DNA from: Deltaproteobacteria bacterium
Lineage (GTDB): Bacteria > Myxococcota_A > UBA9160 > PR03
DNA length: 64,000 bases
Direction: 5' to 3'
Assembly (NCBI GenBank): GCA_031362725.1
Contig: JANLTC010000243.1
Coordinates: 16,466 to 80,465 of the forward strand
The position numbers and the translations under genes are program-made. Below, one piece after another: positions 9,275 to 19,253 of the stretch; within the stretch, counting starts at the first letter, position 1; each line of letters starts with the position of its first letter. The notes below the pieces were generated by a model that was not told the origin of the DNA, did not search any database, and worked only from the letters and a program-made list of their open reading frames with translations.

Positions 9275-12064
9275 GTGGTCGAACTCAGCAACCTCGCCAT
9301 CGACGTCGAAGCGCTCGAGTCGTGGCTCGCGCGCGTCGGGCCGCTGGCGATCGTCGATCTCGAGACGACGGGCCTGCCGAATGATCCGGCCGCGCGCATT
9401 CTCGAATTCGCCGCCGTGCTGCTCGATCCAGGCGATTCGAAACTGCGCGCCGTCGCGACACTGATCCATCCCGAAGCGCCAGTCCCGCCCGCGATCCAGC
9501 GCCTCACCGGCATCAGCGATGCGATGGTGGCAGATGCGCCGCCGCTCGAAGCGGTGCGCGAGACGCTGCGCGACGCGCTGCGGGGTCGCACGATCGTCGC
9601 GCACAACGCCGACTTCGAGCGCCACTTCCTGTCGCGCTGGATCGGCGGCGAACTCGCGAACGCCGTCTACCTCGACACACAAGACCTGCTCGCCGTCGCG
9701 CATCCCGACGCGCCGGATCTGCGCCTCGAGAGCTTCACGCGTTCGATGTTCGGCGCCGAAGAGCGTCACCGCGCGCTCGACGACGCCGCGGACACGCTGC
9801 GCGTGATGACGCGGATCGCGTTCGGCGCACAGGCCGGCGAACCGCGTTACGCCGCGGCGCACACCGCGCTCTCGAACTACGCGCCGGATTCGCCGTGGCT
9901 GGCGCTGCTCGCGAGCGGTGGCGACGCCCGCAACGCGCCCGAAGCGCGCGCCTTCGTCGAGATCGGCCCGACCGACGAGCCCGTTGTGGAGTTCGAGGAG
10001 GCCGCGATCACCGCCGCACTGCGCGACGCCGATCGCGGCGAGCGACACTTCCCGGGCTACCGCGTGCGCGACGCGCAGGTCGAGCTGGCGTTGCGCTTCG
10101 CGCGCGTGCTCGCGCACGGCGGTCGCGTGCTGGTCGAGGGCGGCACCGGCGTCGGGAAGTCGCTCGCGTACCTCGCCGCGGCGATTCCCTTTGCGATGCG
10201 CGAAGCGGAACGCGCGAAGGAAGCGGGCGTGCGCGCGCGGCCGGTCGTCGTCTCGACGCGCACCAAGCTGCTGCAGGATCAACTGCTTTCGAAGGACATC
10301 CCCGCTGCCGCGCGCTTCCTCGGCTACCCGGAGCTGCGCGCGGTCTCGATCAAGGGCCGCGCGAACTACGCATGTGAGCGTCGCCTCGCTGCGGTGCTGG
10401 CCGAGGCGCGCGAGGCGCAACTGTTCCCGGAGCAACGGCAGTCGTATGCGGTGCTCGCCGCGTGCGCGTCGATCCGCCCGCACGGCGAACTCGGTTCGGT
10501 GCCCGCCGCGTGGCTGCGACGCCATCCGCCGCTGCTCGACATGCTGCGCCGCTCGGTCGCGACGCGCGCCGAGCAGTGCACGCGCGAACAGTGCGCGATG
10601 CACGCGCACTGCGCATTCGGACGGCGCCGCGCGGCGCTGGCGCAGGCACATCTGGTCGTCGCGAATCACGATCTACTGCTGCGCTGGCCGCCCGACTACC
10701 CGGCCTTCGCGCACGCGATCGTCGACGAAGCGCATGAACTCTCCGACGTCGCCGACGAGGTCTACGCGCTGACGGTGCGCCCCGACGAAGTGCTCGAACG
10801 CGTCGACGACGTCTTCGGTCGTCCAACTCATGATCCTCGCCGCTCGGCTTCGCCTCGCTACGCGGGAGGGATGTTGCCCGCGACGAAGAGCCGCGCACTT
10901 CGCAACGATGCGCTCGCGTGGCGGCGAGCCGTGCAGCAGGAACTCGTCGCGCTCGGCCGTTCGCTCGAATCGCTCGCGAGCGAGTTCGGCGAGGTGCAGG
11001 TCCCGGAACACGCAGGGCCGGGCTTCGATGCCGCCGCGCACTGCGCGGAGATCGCCGCGCTGCGCATCGACGAAGTGTCGCGCGAGATGGAAGCGGCGGT
11101 CGATCCCGAAGAAAGCGCGGGCGGGATCGCGCGCAACGCGACCGAGCTGCGCGGCGCCGCGAGCGCATTGCGATTGGCGTTCCAGGGCTCCGAAGACTCG
11201 GTCGCATCGTTCGACGGCATCGACCCGCCGTGGGATCGCTGGCGACTCTCGGTACGGCTGGTGTCGCCAGCCGCCGCGTTCCGCGAGAACTTTCTGGAGC
11301 GCCTCGAATCGTTCGCCGGCGTCTCGGCAAGTCTCTTCGTCGGCGGCGACGCATTCGCGGCACTCGGCGAGATCGGCGTGACCGGCGGAGGAACGGAAGT
11401 CGAGACGCTGTCGGTGCCGAGCCCGTTCCCGTACGAGAAACACATGCGCGTAGCCGCGCTTTCCGGCGGCGCCGACCTGGTGCGCGAAACGGTGGACGTG
11501 CTCGAAACGCTCGCGCGTCATCTCGGCGGTCGAACGCTCGGCCTCTTCACCAGCTTGCGACGCATGAACGACGTCGCCGCGCTGCTCGCCGAGCGCCTGC
11601 GCGACGACGGCATCGAAGTGCTCGCCCCGCGCCGCGCCTCGGACGACCCGAGCGCGCTGGTCGAACGCTTCCGCCAGGGCGGCGCGGTGCTGCTCGGCGC
11701 GCGCAAGTTCTGGCAGGGCCTCGACCTTCCGGGCGAGCAGCTCCAGGCCGTCGTGATCGAGAAGCTGCCGTTCGAGGTGCCCACCGAATTGCGTCGTCGC
11801 CGCGAGCTGCGCCTCAAGCGCGAAGGCATCGACGCGTTCGAGCGCTTCGCGCTCGGCAAGATGCTGCTGAACCTGAAGCAGATGGTGGGGCGCTTGATCC
11901 GCAGCGAGGATGATCGCGGCATCGTCGTGCTGGTCGAGTCGCGGCCGGAGAAGCGTTACTTCAGGAGACTCGGCGACGCGCTGCCGCCGGGGTCGAAGGT
12001 GGTGCTGGCGGAGCCTGAGGATCTAGTCGCGCTGCTGGCGGAAGTCGGCATCGGCAAGCGTTGA
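9275..12064 (+). CDS. dinG: DEDDh 3'-5' exonuclease fused to DinG-family Fe-S helicase
   Basis: ORF 9203..12064 trimmed to GTG 9275, since the upstream codons are repeat sequence. Exo motifs DLETTG, HNADFERHFL, HRALDDA. Walker A GTGVGKS, DEAHEL, and a 4-Cys cluster region (CERRL..CASIRP..CTREQCAMHAHC). Confidence 0.85.
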   Translation: MVELSNLAIDVEALESWLARVGPLAIVDLETTGLPNDPAARILEFAAVLLDPGDSKLRAVATLIHPEAPVPPAIQRLTGISDAMVADAPPLEAVRETLRDALRGRTIVAHNADFERHFLSRWIGGELANAVYLDTQDLLAVAHPDAPDLRLESFTRSMFGAEERHRALDDAADTLRVMTRIAFGAQAGEPRYAAAHTALSNYAPDSPWLALLASGGDARNAPEARAFVEIGPTDEPVVEFEEAAITAALRDADRGERHFPGYRVRDAQVELALRFARVLAHGGRVLVEGGTGVGKSLAYLAAAIPFAMREAERAKEAGVRARPVVVSTRTKLLQDQLLSKDIPAAARFLGYPELRAVSIKGRANYACERRLAAVLAEAREAQLFPEQRQSYAVLAACASIRPHGELGSVPAAWLRRHPPLLDMLRRSVATRAEQCTREQCAMHAHCAFGRRRAALAQAHLVVANHDLLLRWPPDYPAFAHAIVDEAHELSDVADEVYALTVRPDEVLERVDDVFGRPTHDPRRSASPRYAGGMLPATKSRALRNDALAWRRAVQQELVALGRSLESLASEFGEVQVPEHAGPGFDAAAHCAEIAALRIDEVSREMEAAVDPEESAGGIARNATELRGAASALRLAFQGSEDSVASFDGIDPPWDRWRLSVRLVSPAAAFRENFLERLESFAGVSASLFVGGDAFAALGEIGVTGGGTEVETLSVPSPFPYEKHMRVAALSGGADLVRETVDVLETLARHLGGRTLGLFTSLRRMNDVAALLAERLRDDGIEVLAPRRASDDPSALVERFRQGGAVLLGARKFWQGLDLPGEQLQAVVIEKLPFEVPTELRRRRELRLKREGIDAFERFALGKMLLNLKQMVGRLIRSEDDRGIVVLVESRPEKRYFRRLGDALPPGSKVVLAEPEDLVALLAEVGIGKR
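10827..10868 (-). repeat. dispersed repeat copy C, in frame inside dinG
   Basis: CTCATGATCCTCGCCGCTCGGCTTCGCCTCGCTACGCGGGAG matches the intergenic copies A and F. It is 14 codons long and is translated as THDPRRSASPRYAG. Confidence 0.65.
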
Positions 12065-12065
12065 C

Positions 12066-12422
12066 GTGTGGACCTTCCTGCTCGCGTTGCATTCTCTCCC
12101 GCTGGCCCTGGCGCCGCTCGGATGCGCGACATCGAAGGTCGCGGCCCCGTGTCGCTTGGCGCGAATGACTCGAGAGGAAGCTGCGAAGCTGGGCGGTGTC
12201 GATCCCAACGCCGCGGGCGTCGAGATCCGCGGCACCACGCAAGACCAGCTCGTCCAGATGTACGACCCGTTGGGAAACCTGAACCGAAGTGTCGTCTGGT
12301 TCTTGGGTGGGCCGGGTCGCGTCGTGATCCTCGATGACGCAACGGGGCTCATAGTCGGAGAGGGTGGCAGCGGGCGCGGGCAGCGGGGTGTTCCGACCGA
12401 GCCGATGTTGCCGCAGCCGTGA
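12066..12422 (+). CDS. small lipoprotein, unknown function
   Basis: 118-aa ORF. GTG start 1 nt after the dinG stop. Signal peptide plus lipobox LAPLGC. Confidence 0.45.
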   Translation: MWTFLLALHSLPLALAPLGCATSKVAAPCRLARMTREEAAKLGGVDPNAAGVEIRGTTQDQLVQMYDPLGNLNRSVVWFLGGPGRVVILDDATGLIVGEGGSGRGQRGVPTEPMLPQP

Positions 12423-12473
12423 GCGCGAACTCGCGCTAGCCCGCGCCGCGCGCCGCCCGCTACGCTGCGCGCG

Positions 12474-13202
12474 ATGCCCGACCAACCTGTCGCACTCGTC
12501 ACCGGCGCCGCGCGCGGCATCGGCGCCGCCTGCGCGCGCGCGCTCGCCGCCGAAGGCTTCCGCGTCGCGATCCACTACAACGGCAGCGCCGACACCGCGG
12601 CGAAGCTTGCAGCCGAACTGCCCGACGCGTTCGCGCTGCGCGCCGACCTCGCCGACCCCGCCGCGATCGACGCGCTGCTCGCGGCGATCGCCGAGCGCGC
12701 CGGCCGCATCGACGTGCTCGTCAACAACGCCGGCGTCACGCGCAATGCGCCGACGCCGGTGATGAAGCTCGACGACTACGACGCGGTGGCCGCGCTGTCG
12801 CGCGGCACCTGGTACTTGACCAAGCTCGTGCTGCGCAAGTTCATGATGAAGCAGAAGTCCGGGCGCATCATCCAGATCTCGAGCGTGGTGGGACACATCG
12901 GGAATCGCGGGCAATCGCCCTACACGATGGCGAAGGCGGGGCTCGATGCGCTGACCCGATCGCTCGCCGTCGAATTTGGCGATCGCAACATCCTGGTGAA
13001 CTCGGTTGCGCCTGGCTTCATCGAGACCGACAAGACGGCCGCGCTGCCGGAGCAAGCGAAAGAGCAGATCCTCGCGCGAATCCCGCTCGGGCGGATGGGA
13101 ACACCGGAAGAAGTCGCCGAAGTGGTGGCCTTTCTCGCGACGCGCGGCGGTTACATCCAGGGCTCGGTGATCCACGTGAACGGGGGCCTCTACGGCGGCT
13201 GA
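12474..13202 (+). CDS. fabG: 3-oxoacyl-ACP reductase-like SDR
   Basis: TGAARGIG cofactor motif, YTMAK catalytic Y-x3-K, and FabG-like GFIETDKT. Confidence 0.7.
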   Translation: MPDQPVALVTGAARGIGAACARALAAEGFRVAIHYNGSADTAAKLAAELPDAFALRADLADPAAIDALLAAIAERAGRIDVLVNNAGVTRNAPTPVMKLDDYDAVAALSRGTWYLTKLVLRKFMMKQKSGRIIQISSVVGHIGNRGQSPYTMAKAGLDALTRSLAVEFGDRNILVNSVAPGFIETDKTAALPEQAKEQILARIPLGRMGTPEEVAEVVAFLATRGGYIQGSVIHVNGGLYGG

Positions 13203-13215
13203 ACGCGCGCGGTGT

Positions 13216-14094
13216 CTGGTCGCGGGCTGCGGCTACGTCGGGGCGGCGCTGGCGGCGCAGCTGCGCGATGCGGGCCATGACGTGTTCGGGCTGAAGCGTC
13301 AGCCCGCCGGTCTACCCGAGGGCGTGACGCCCATCGGAGCCGATCTCGCCGACGCGCCGTCGCTCGCGGCCGCGCTCGGTCGCATCGACGGCCCACTCGA
13401 CATCGTGGTCTATGCCGCCGCAGCGGACCGCGGTGATGACGATTCATATCGCCGCGCCTACGTGGACGGGCTGCGCAACGTAGTCGGTGCGTTGCGCGCG
13501 CGCGCCGCGAAGCCCGCCGCCGTGCTGTTCACATCGAGCACGGCGGTCTATTCGCAGCAGGACGGCTGCTCTATCGATGAGTCGACCGCGACCGAGCCGC
13601 ACGACTTTCGTGGACTGCGCATGCTCGAAGCCGAAGCGGTGCTCGCGACGAGCGGCTTGCCCGCGGTATCGCTACGGCTCGGTGGCATCTACGGTCCGGG
13701 TCGCACGCGCCTCGTCGAGAGCGTGCGCACGGGTCGAGCGGTGATTCGCAGTGGTCCGCCGCGCTACGGCAATCGCATCCACCGCGACGACGCCGCCGGC
13801 GCGCTCGCGCACCTCGCGTCGCTCGCGCTGGCGGGTGGTGCGCTCGCGCCGCTCTACCTCGGTGTCGACGACGAGCCGAGCGACGAGGCGACGGTGCTGC
13901 GCTGGATCGCGTCGCAGCTGGGTGTTGCGGAGCCGCCGGGGCGCGACGCCGAGCCGGTCGTGGGCGTCGGTGATCGACCCAGCTCGAACAAGCGCTGCTC
14001 GAACGCGCGGCTGCGCGCGGCGGGCTACCGCTTCCGCTTCCCGACGTTTCGCGAGGGCTACGCCGCGGCAATCGCCGCGGCTACTTCACCGTGA
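13216..14094 (+). CDS. NAD-dependent epimerase/dehydratase family protein (start uncertain, possibly CTG)
   Basis: The track ORF starts at GTG 13282, but the Rossmann motif LVAGCGYVGAALA lies in the same open frame upstream. That frame opens after the stop at 13177-13179. The only start-like codon there is CTG 13216. Confidence 0.6.
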   Translation: MVAGCGYVGAALAAQLRDAGHDVFGLKRQPAGLPEGVTPIGADLADAPSLAAALGRIDGPLDIVVYAAAADRGDDDSYRRAYVDGLRNVVGALRARAAKPAAVLFTSSTAVYSQQDGCSIDESTATEPHDFRGLRMLEAEAVLATSGLPAVSLRLGGIYGPGRTRLVESVRTGRAVIRSGPPRYGNRIHRDDAAGALAHLASLALAGGALAPLYLGVDDEPSDEATVLRWIASQLGVAEPPGRDAEPVVGVGDRPSSNKRCSNARLRAAGYRFRFPTFREGYAAAIAAATSP

Positions 14095-14560
14095 TCGTGA
14101 TCGGCGCCGAGACCAGCGGCGGTTCGTGCGCCACGTGATCCTTGTCGGCGAGCACGAGCTGCAGCGTGTGCTTGCCGGGCGCGAGCGTGAGCGTGGTCTC
14201 GGTCTGTCCGCCGCCGAAGTGGATGTGTTTCTCGTCCTTCGGCTGGGGCCCGTCGAGCGCGGGCAACGGCGAGTCGACGATCAGGTGGTGGTGGCCGGTG
14301 TTCGGCGTCGCGACGCCGGCCGGCGCGACGCCCATGCCGGTGAGCCCGAAGCGCACCGTCACCGGACTCGAAAGCGTTTCGCCATTTGCCGGCGAGATGA
14401 TGTACAGCTTGGCGTCCGCGGGACGCGGCGTGCGCACGATCGCGTTGGCGGCCGGTGCCGGGTGCGCAGCGTCCTCCGCGTGCGCAGCGGGCAGCGCGAC
14501 GAACGCGACCAGCGCGATGGCGAGAGCCGAAACCGGAACGAGGCGGACGCGAGGGATCAT
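14081..14560 (-). CDS. secreted DUF4399-like protein
   Basis: ORF 14081..15139 trimmed to ATG 14560 with AAGGAG 7 nt upstream. Signal peptide MIPRVRLVPVSALAIALVAFVALPAAHA. GHHHLIVD and HIHFGGGQTE motifs typical of DUF4399. Confidence 0.7.
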   Translation of the reverse strand: MIPRVRLVPVSALAIALVAFVALPAAHAEDAAHPAPAANAIVRTPRPADAKLYIISPANGETLSSPVTVRFGLTGMGVAPAGVATPNTGHHHLIVDSPLPALDGPQPKDEKHIHFGGGQTETTLTLAPGKHTLQLVLADKDHVAHEPPLVSAPITITVK

Positions 14561-16526
14561 GGGATCTCCTTTCGATGATCGCGGCGATGCTACGCGATCG
14601 CCGATCGCGCTGAAAGCGCGGCGCCGGTCGGCCGTCGCAATTGCTGCGGCGCTGGTGCTGCTATTCGCGACGCTCGTCGCGCTGCGCGTGCACGGATTCT
14701 CTCTCGCGGCCTGGCACGAAGTGATCGATGGCAGTGCGCCGAGCGAAGTGCTGCTCGGCAAGCCACGCTTGATCCGCTCCGACGACTGGAAGGTGCATCT
14801 CCCGCTGCTCTTCGCGCAGACCGCGCAAACGCCGCGCTTTCCGGTGGTGAATCCGAGCGTCGGTCTCGGGCAGAGCATGCTGCTGCCGATCGACGCGCCA
14901 GTCGCGAACTGGGTCTCGCTGTTCCGCCCGACGATGTGGGGCTTCCTGCTCGGCTCCGATGTGGGACTCGCGTGGCTCTGGTGGAGTCGCGTGCTCGGGC
15001 TCTTCGGGGTCTGGTTCGCGGTGCTGGTGGTGGTGACGCGCGGCCGTTTCGCGCCCGCTGCGACGGGCGCCGCGCTGCTCGTGTGCGCGCCGTTCTTCCA
15101 GTTCTGGGCGTTCAACGGCGCTCCGCAGGTGACGAGCATGGGCGCGGCGTTCCTCGCGACGGTCGCGCTTGCGCGCGCCCGCGAGCGGCGCAGCGTCGTC
15201 GCCGCTGCGATCGCGCTCGCGCTGGCCGGCGCCTGGTTCGCACTGGCGATCTATCCGCCGTATCAGGTGACGCTCGGTTGGCTCTACGTCGCGCTCGTCG
15301 CGGGTTTTCTGCTCGATGGACGCAACTCTTTGCCGCTCCGCCATCACGTTGCGCTGCGCGCGATCGCGCTCGCGCTGGCCGGCGTCTGCGTCGTCGCCGT
15401 GGTCGCTGCGTTCGCGTCCGAGGCGAGCGATGCGATTGCAACGATGCGCAACACGGCGTATCCCGGTCGCCGGATGTCGAGTGGCGCCGAGCGCAACCTC
15501 GCGGAGTTGTGGAACGCGAATCTCGGCGCACCGCTCTGGGCCGAGAACTGGGGTCCGCTCTACAACATCTGCGAAGCCGCGTCGTTCTGGATGCTGTCGC
15601 CCGTACCGCTCGCGTTGCTGCTCTGGCGCCGCATGCGAGGCGAACGCATCGACGCGTTGACGGCGGCCGTCGCGCTCTACGCGCTCGCGCTCTCGATCTA
15701 TGCGCTGGTCGGGATTCCGGCATTTCTCGCGCGCGTGACGGCGCTCGGTTTCGTGCCCGGCAAGCGGGCCGTGATCGGGATCGGCCTCGCCGACGCGATC
15801 CTGCTGGTGCGCTTCGCCGCGTGCGGTGCGCCAGCGCGACGCGACGAACGCACGCGCGTGTTTGCAATCGCCGTCGCGTGCTTCGTCGCGCTCGCGGGCT
15901 GCTCGTTCTGGCTCGAGCGCGAACTACCCGATGCGCGGCTTCCGGTGCTGCTCGGATTCGCGTTCGGAAACGCCGTGCTCGCCGCATTCTTCTTGCAGTT
16001 GCCGCGTCGCGCGCTGATGGCGCTCGTCGCGCTGTCGGCAATCAGCACGCTCTGGTTCAATCCGCTCGCAGTGGGCGGATCGGCCTATCTACGCGACAAC
16101 CCGCTCGCCCAGGCGATCCTCGAGATCGATCGCGCGGAAGGCGGCCAGACGACCTGGGTTTCGTTTGGCCGCGACGACCTGCCGAACCTGTTCCGCGCGA
16201 TCGGCGTGCGCGCGCTGAACGGCGTCCACCCGATCCCGCAGCTCGAGCTGTGGAAGCGCATCGACCCGGGCGGCGCGTTTCGCAACGTCTACAACCGCTA
16301 CGCGCACATCGCGTTCGCCGCCGCGCCGTCCGGCGCGCCGCGCTTCCAGCTTCATTCGCAGGACTACGTGATCGTGCAGATCCGCCCGAACTCGGACGAG
16401 TTTCGCGCGCTCGGCGTCACGCACGTGCTGGTCCTCGACGACGCCGCAGCCGTCTTCGAGCGCCTGAGCGGCTTCGAGCCGCTCGCGACGATCGGTCCGC
16501 ACCACCTCTACCGCGTCCCGCACTGA
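14559..16526 (+). CDS. large polytopic membrane protein, GT-C-like putative glycosyltransferase
   Basis: ORF 14142..16526 trimmed to ATG 14559. Basic N-terminus KARRRS, then more than 10 hydrophobic spans. Acidic first-loop motif RSDDW. Soluble C-terminal domain of about 150 aa. Confidence 0.65.
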   Translation: MGSPFDDRGDATRSPIALKARRRSAVAIAAALVLLFATLVALRVHGFSLAAWHEVIDGSAPSEVLLGKPRLIRSDDWKVHLPLLFAQTAQTPRFPVVNPSVGLGQSMLLPIDAPVANWVSLFRPTMWGFLLGSDVGLAWLWWSRVLGLFGVWFAVLVVVTRGRFAPAATGAALLVCAPFFQFWAFNGAPQVTSMGAAFLATVALARARERRSVVAAAIALALAGAWFALAIYPPYQVTLGWLYVALVAGFLLDGRNSLPLRHHVALRAIALALAGVCVVAVVAAFASEASDAIATMRNTAYPGRRMSSGAERNLAELWNANLGAPLWAENWGPLYNICEAASFWMLSPVPLALLLWRRMRGERIDALTAAVALYALALSIYALVGIPAFLARVTALGFVPGKRAVIGIGLADAILLVRFAACGAPARRDERTRVFAIAVACFVALAGCSFWLERELPDARLPVLLGFAFGNAVLAAFFLQLPRRALMALVALSAISTLWFNPLAVGGSAYLRDNPLAQAILEIDRAEGGQTTWVSFGRDDLPNLFRAIGVRALNGVHPIPQLELWKRIDPGGAFRNVYNRYAHIAFAAAPSGAPRFQLHSQDYVIVQIRPNSDEFRALGVTHVLVLDDAAAVFERLSGFEPLATIGPHHLYRVPH

Positions 16527-16562
16527 CCGCCGCGAGAAAGCGGGAAGCAGGTGGAGAAAGGT

Positions 16563-16676
16563 GGAGAAAGGGGACGGTCCTGACCGAGGACGGGCTGAGG
16601 ACTCGAGGGACACACACCGGCAAGCCTGTCCCTCGAGTCCAACACCAGGTCACTTCGAGGACCGTCCCCTTTCTCC
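16563..16676. terminator. 114-nt nested perfect inverted repeat; possible bidirectional terminator or structured RNA
   Basis: Outer 19-bp arms are 16563-16581 and 16658-16676. Inner 13-bp arms are 16599-16611 and 16628-16640, with a 16-nt loop. It lies between convergent genes. Confidence 0.45.
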
Positions 16677-17570
16677 TCCGAGGCGGGCGAGGAAGCGGAG
16701 TTTGTGGAGGGCGGCGGGGCCGCGGAGCGACGCGAGGTCGGCGGCGATGCGGACGGCGAGGTGCAGGCGCACGATCATTTTGCGTTCGGCGACGCGCGCG
16801 GCGCTCGGGAAGCCCTGCTCGCGCGCGCCCGCCGCGATGCGGTCCAGGACCGCGACTTCTTCTTCGAAGCGCGAGAGGTCCTTGGTCTGCACCGCGGTCG
16901 CGCTCTCGGCGTGACGCCGATACGCGTATGCACGGCGTCGCGTGCCGGCGATCGTCTCGCCGTCGAGCAGCAGGCGCGCGAGCATTTCGAGATCTTGCGC
17001 CTGCTTCAAGCCGGCTTCGAAACGGCGCGCGCCGAGTCGCTCGCGCCGCCACGCGACCGTCGGGCACATCACGAAGTCGGCGCGCGCGAGGGCACGCAGA
17101 CCCGACTCGCCCTCGATGCGCCACGGTTCGCCGTTCGGGACGAGCCGGCGCTTCACCGCGTCGGCGAGCGAAAAGCGCGGGCGACCCTGCGCATCGATGA
17201 TCTCGGCGTCGCAGCACAGCGCCACCGCGCGCGGGTGCGTATCGGACAGCGCGAAGATCACGTCGCAGTACTCCGGCAGCAGGCGGTCGTCGGCGTGCAG
17301 CAGCGTCACCAACTCGGTCGTCGCGAGATCGAGGCCGCGGTTCCAGTTGCCGACGATGCCGAGCGTCGTCTGGTTGTCGTGGTACGCGATGCGGGCGTCG
17401 CCGAAGCTGGCGACGAGATCGGCGACGCCCTCCGATTCGCCGCGGTCGTCGAGCACGATGCAGCACCACGCGCTGACGCGCTGGGCGCGCACGCTCTCGA
17501 TCGTTTCGCGTAGGTAGGCGAGACCTCGGTGGAACGGAATTGCGAAGGTGATGCGCGCGGCGGTGCTCAT
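16650..17570 (-). CDS. family-2 glycosyltransferase
   Basis: ORF 16650..18161 trimmed to ATG 17570 (MSTAARITFAIPFH). IVLDD and HADD (DxD) motifs. Confidence 0.8.
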   Translation of the reverse strand: MSTAARITFAIPFHRGLAYLRETIESVRAQRVSAWCCIVLDDRGESEGVADLVASFGDARIAYHDNQTTLGIVGNWNRGLDLATTELVTLLHADDRLLPEYCDVIFALSDTHPRAVALCCDAEIIDAQGRPRFSLADAVKRRLVPNGEPWRIEGESGLRALARADFVMCPTVAWRRERLGARRFEAGLKQAQDLEMLARLLLDGETIAGTRRRAYAYRRHAESATAVQTKDLSRFEEEVAVLDRIAAGAREQGFPSAARVAERKMIVRLHLAVRIAADLASLRGPAALHKLRFLARLGGERGRSSK

Positions 17571-17597
17571 CGCGGCGCGGAGACTACAATCGCCAGC

Positions 17598-18194
17598 GTG
17601 GAGCCGCCGCGCGATACCCGAGATTCCGCTTACGCCGATCGCCTCGAGCGTCTCGCCGGTGCGCGCTGGAAGCGCTGGCTCGACGTCCAGCGGCCCTACC
17701 GGTTCCACCTGCGGCGCCTGGCGCTCGGCCGCACACTCGAAATCGGCAGCGGGATCGGGCGCAACCTTTCGGCGCTCGGTCCGGCGTCCGTTGGCGTCGA
17801 TCACAACGCGCACGCGGTCGAGATCGCGCGCACTCGCGGCTTTCGGGCCTTCCTGCCCGACGCGTTTCTCGCGTCGCCCGAAGCCGCGCAGCCCTTCGAC
17901 GCGCTGCTCTTCGCGCACGTGCTCGAACACCTGTCGCGGACCGATGCAGGCGAGCTCGTGGCGCAGTGGCTCCCGCAGCTGCGCCCGGGCGGCAAGCTGC
18001 TTCTGATCACACCGCAGGAAGCCGGCTTCCGCTCGGACGCGAGCCACGTCGAGTTCCTGGACTTCGCGGCGCTGCTCGCGCTCCTCGATGCGGTCGGCTG
18101 CGTGCCGCTGCGCGCCTACTCGTTCCCGTTCCCGCGATTCGCCGGGCGCTTGTTCCCGCACAACGAGTTCGTGGTGCTGGGTCGGCGCCGCTAG
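17598..18194 (+). CDS. class I SAM-dependent methyltransferase
   Basis: ORF trimmed to GTG 17598. Motif I LEIGSGIGRN and post-I VGVDHN. Confidence 0.75.
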   Translation: MEPPRDTRDSAYADRLERLAGARWKRWLDVQRPYRFHLRRLALGRTLEIGSGIGRNLSALGPASVGVDHNAHAVEIARTRGFRAFLPDAFLASPEAAQPFDALLFAHVLEHLSRTDAGELVAQWLPQLRPGGKLLLITPQEAGFRSDASHVEFLDFAALLALLDAVGCVPLRAYSFPFPRFAGRLFPHNEFVVLGRRR

Positions 18195-18230
18195 CGCGCG
18201 GCCGTCTCGGCCGGGGTCCGCAATGATGCG

Positions 18231-19199
<969 letters not shown>

Positions 19200-19253
19200 G
19201 GATACCTCCTCTGTCGCACGCGCCGACCTACGCCTTGCTTGCGCAGCGATTGC

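Noticed and set aside
9275-12064. Exonuclease-DinG as part of a defence system
   Set aside because: It is flanked by housekeeping-type genes (a TPP enzyme, a lipoprotein, fabG-like). No partner genes typical of DinG-containing defence loci are present. The exonuclease-DinG fusion is a known housekeeping architecture.
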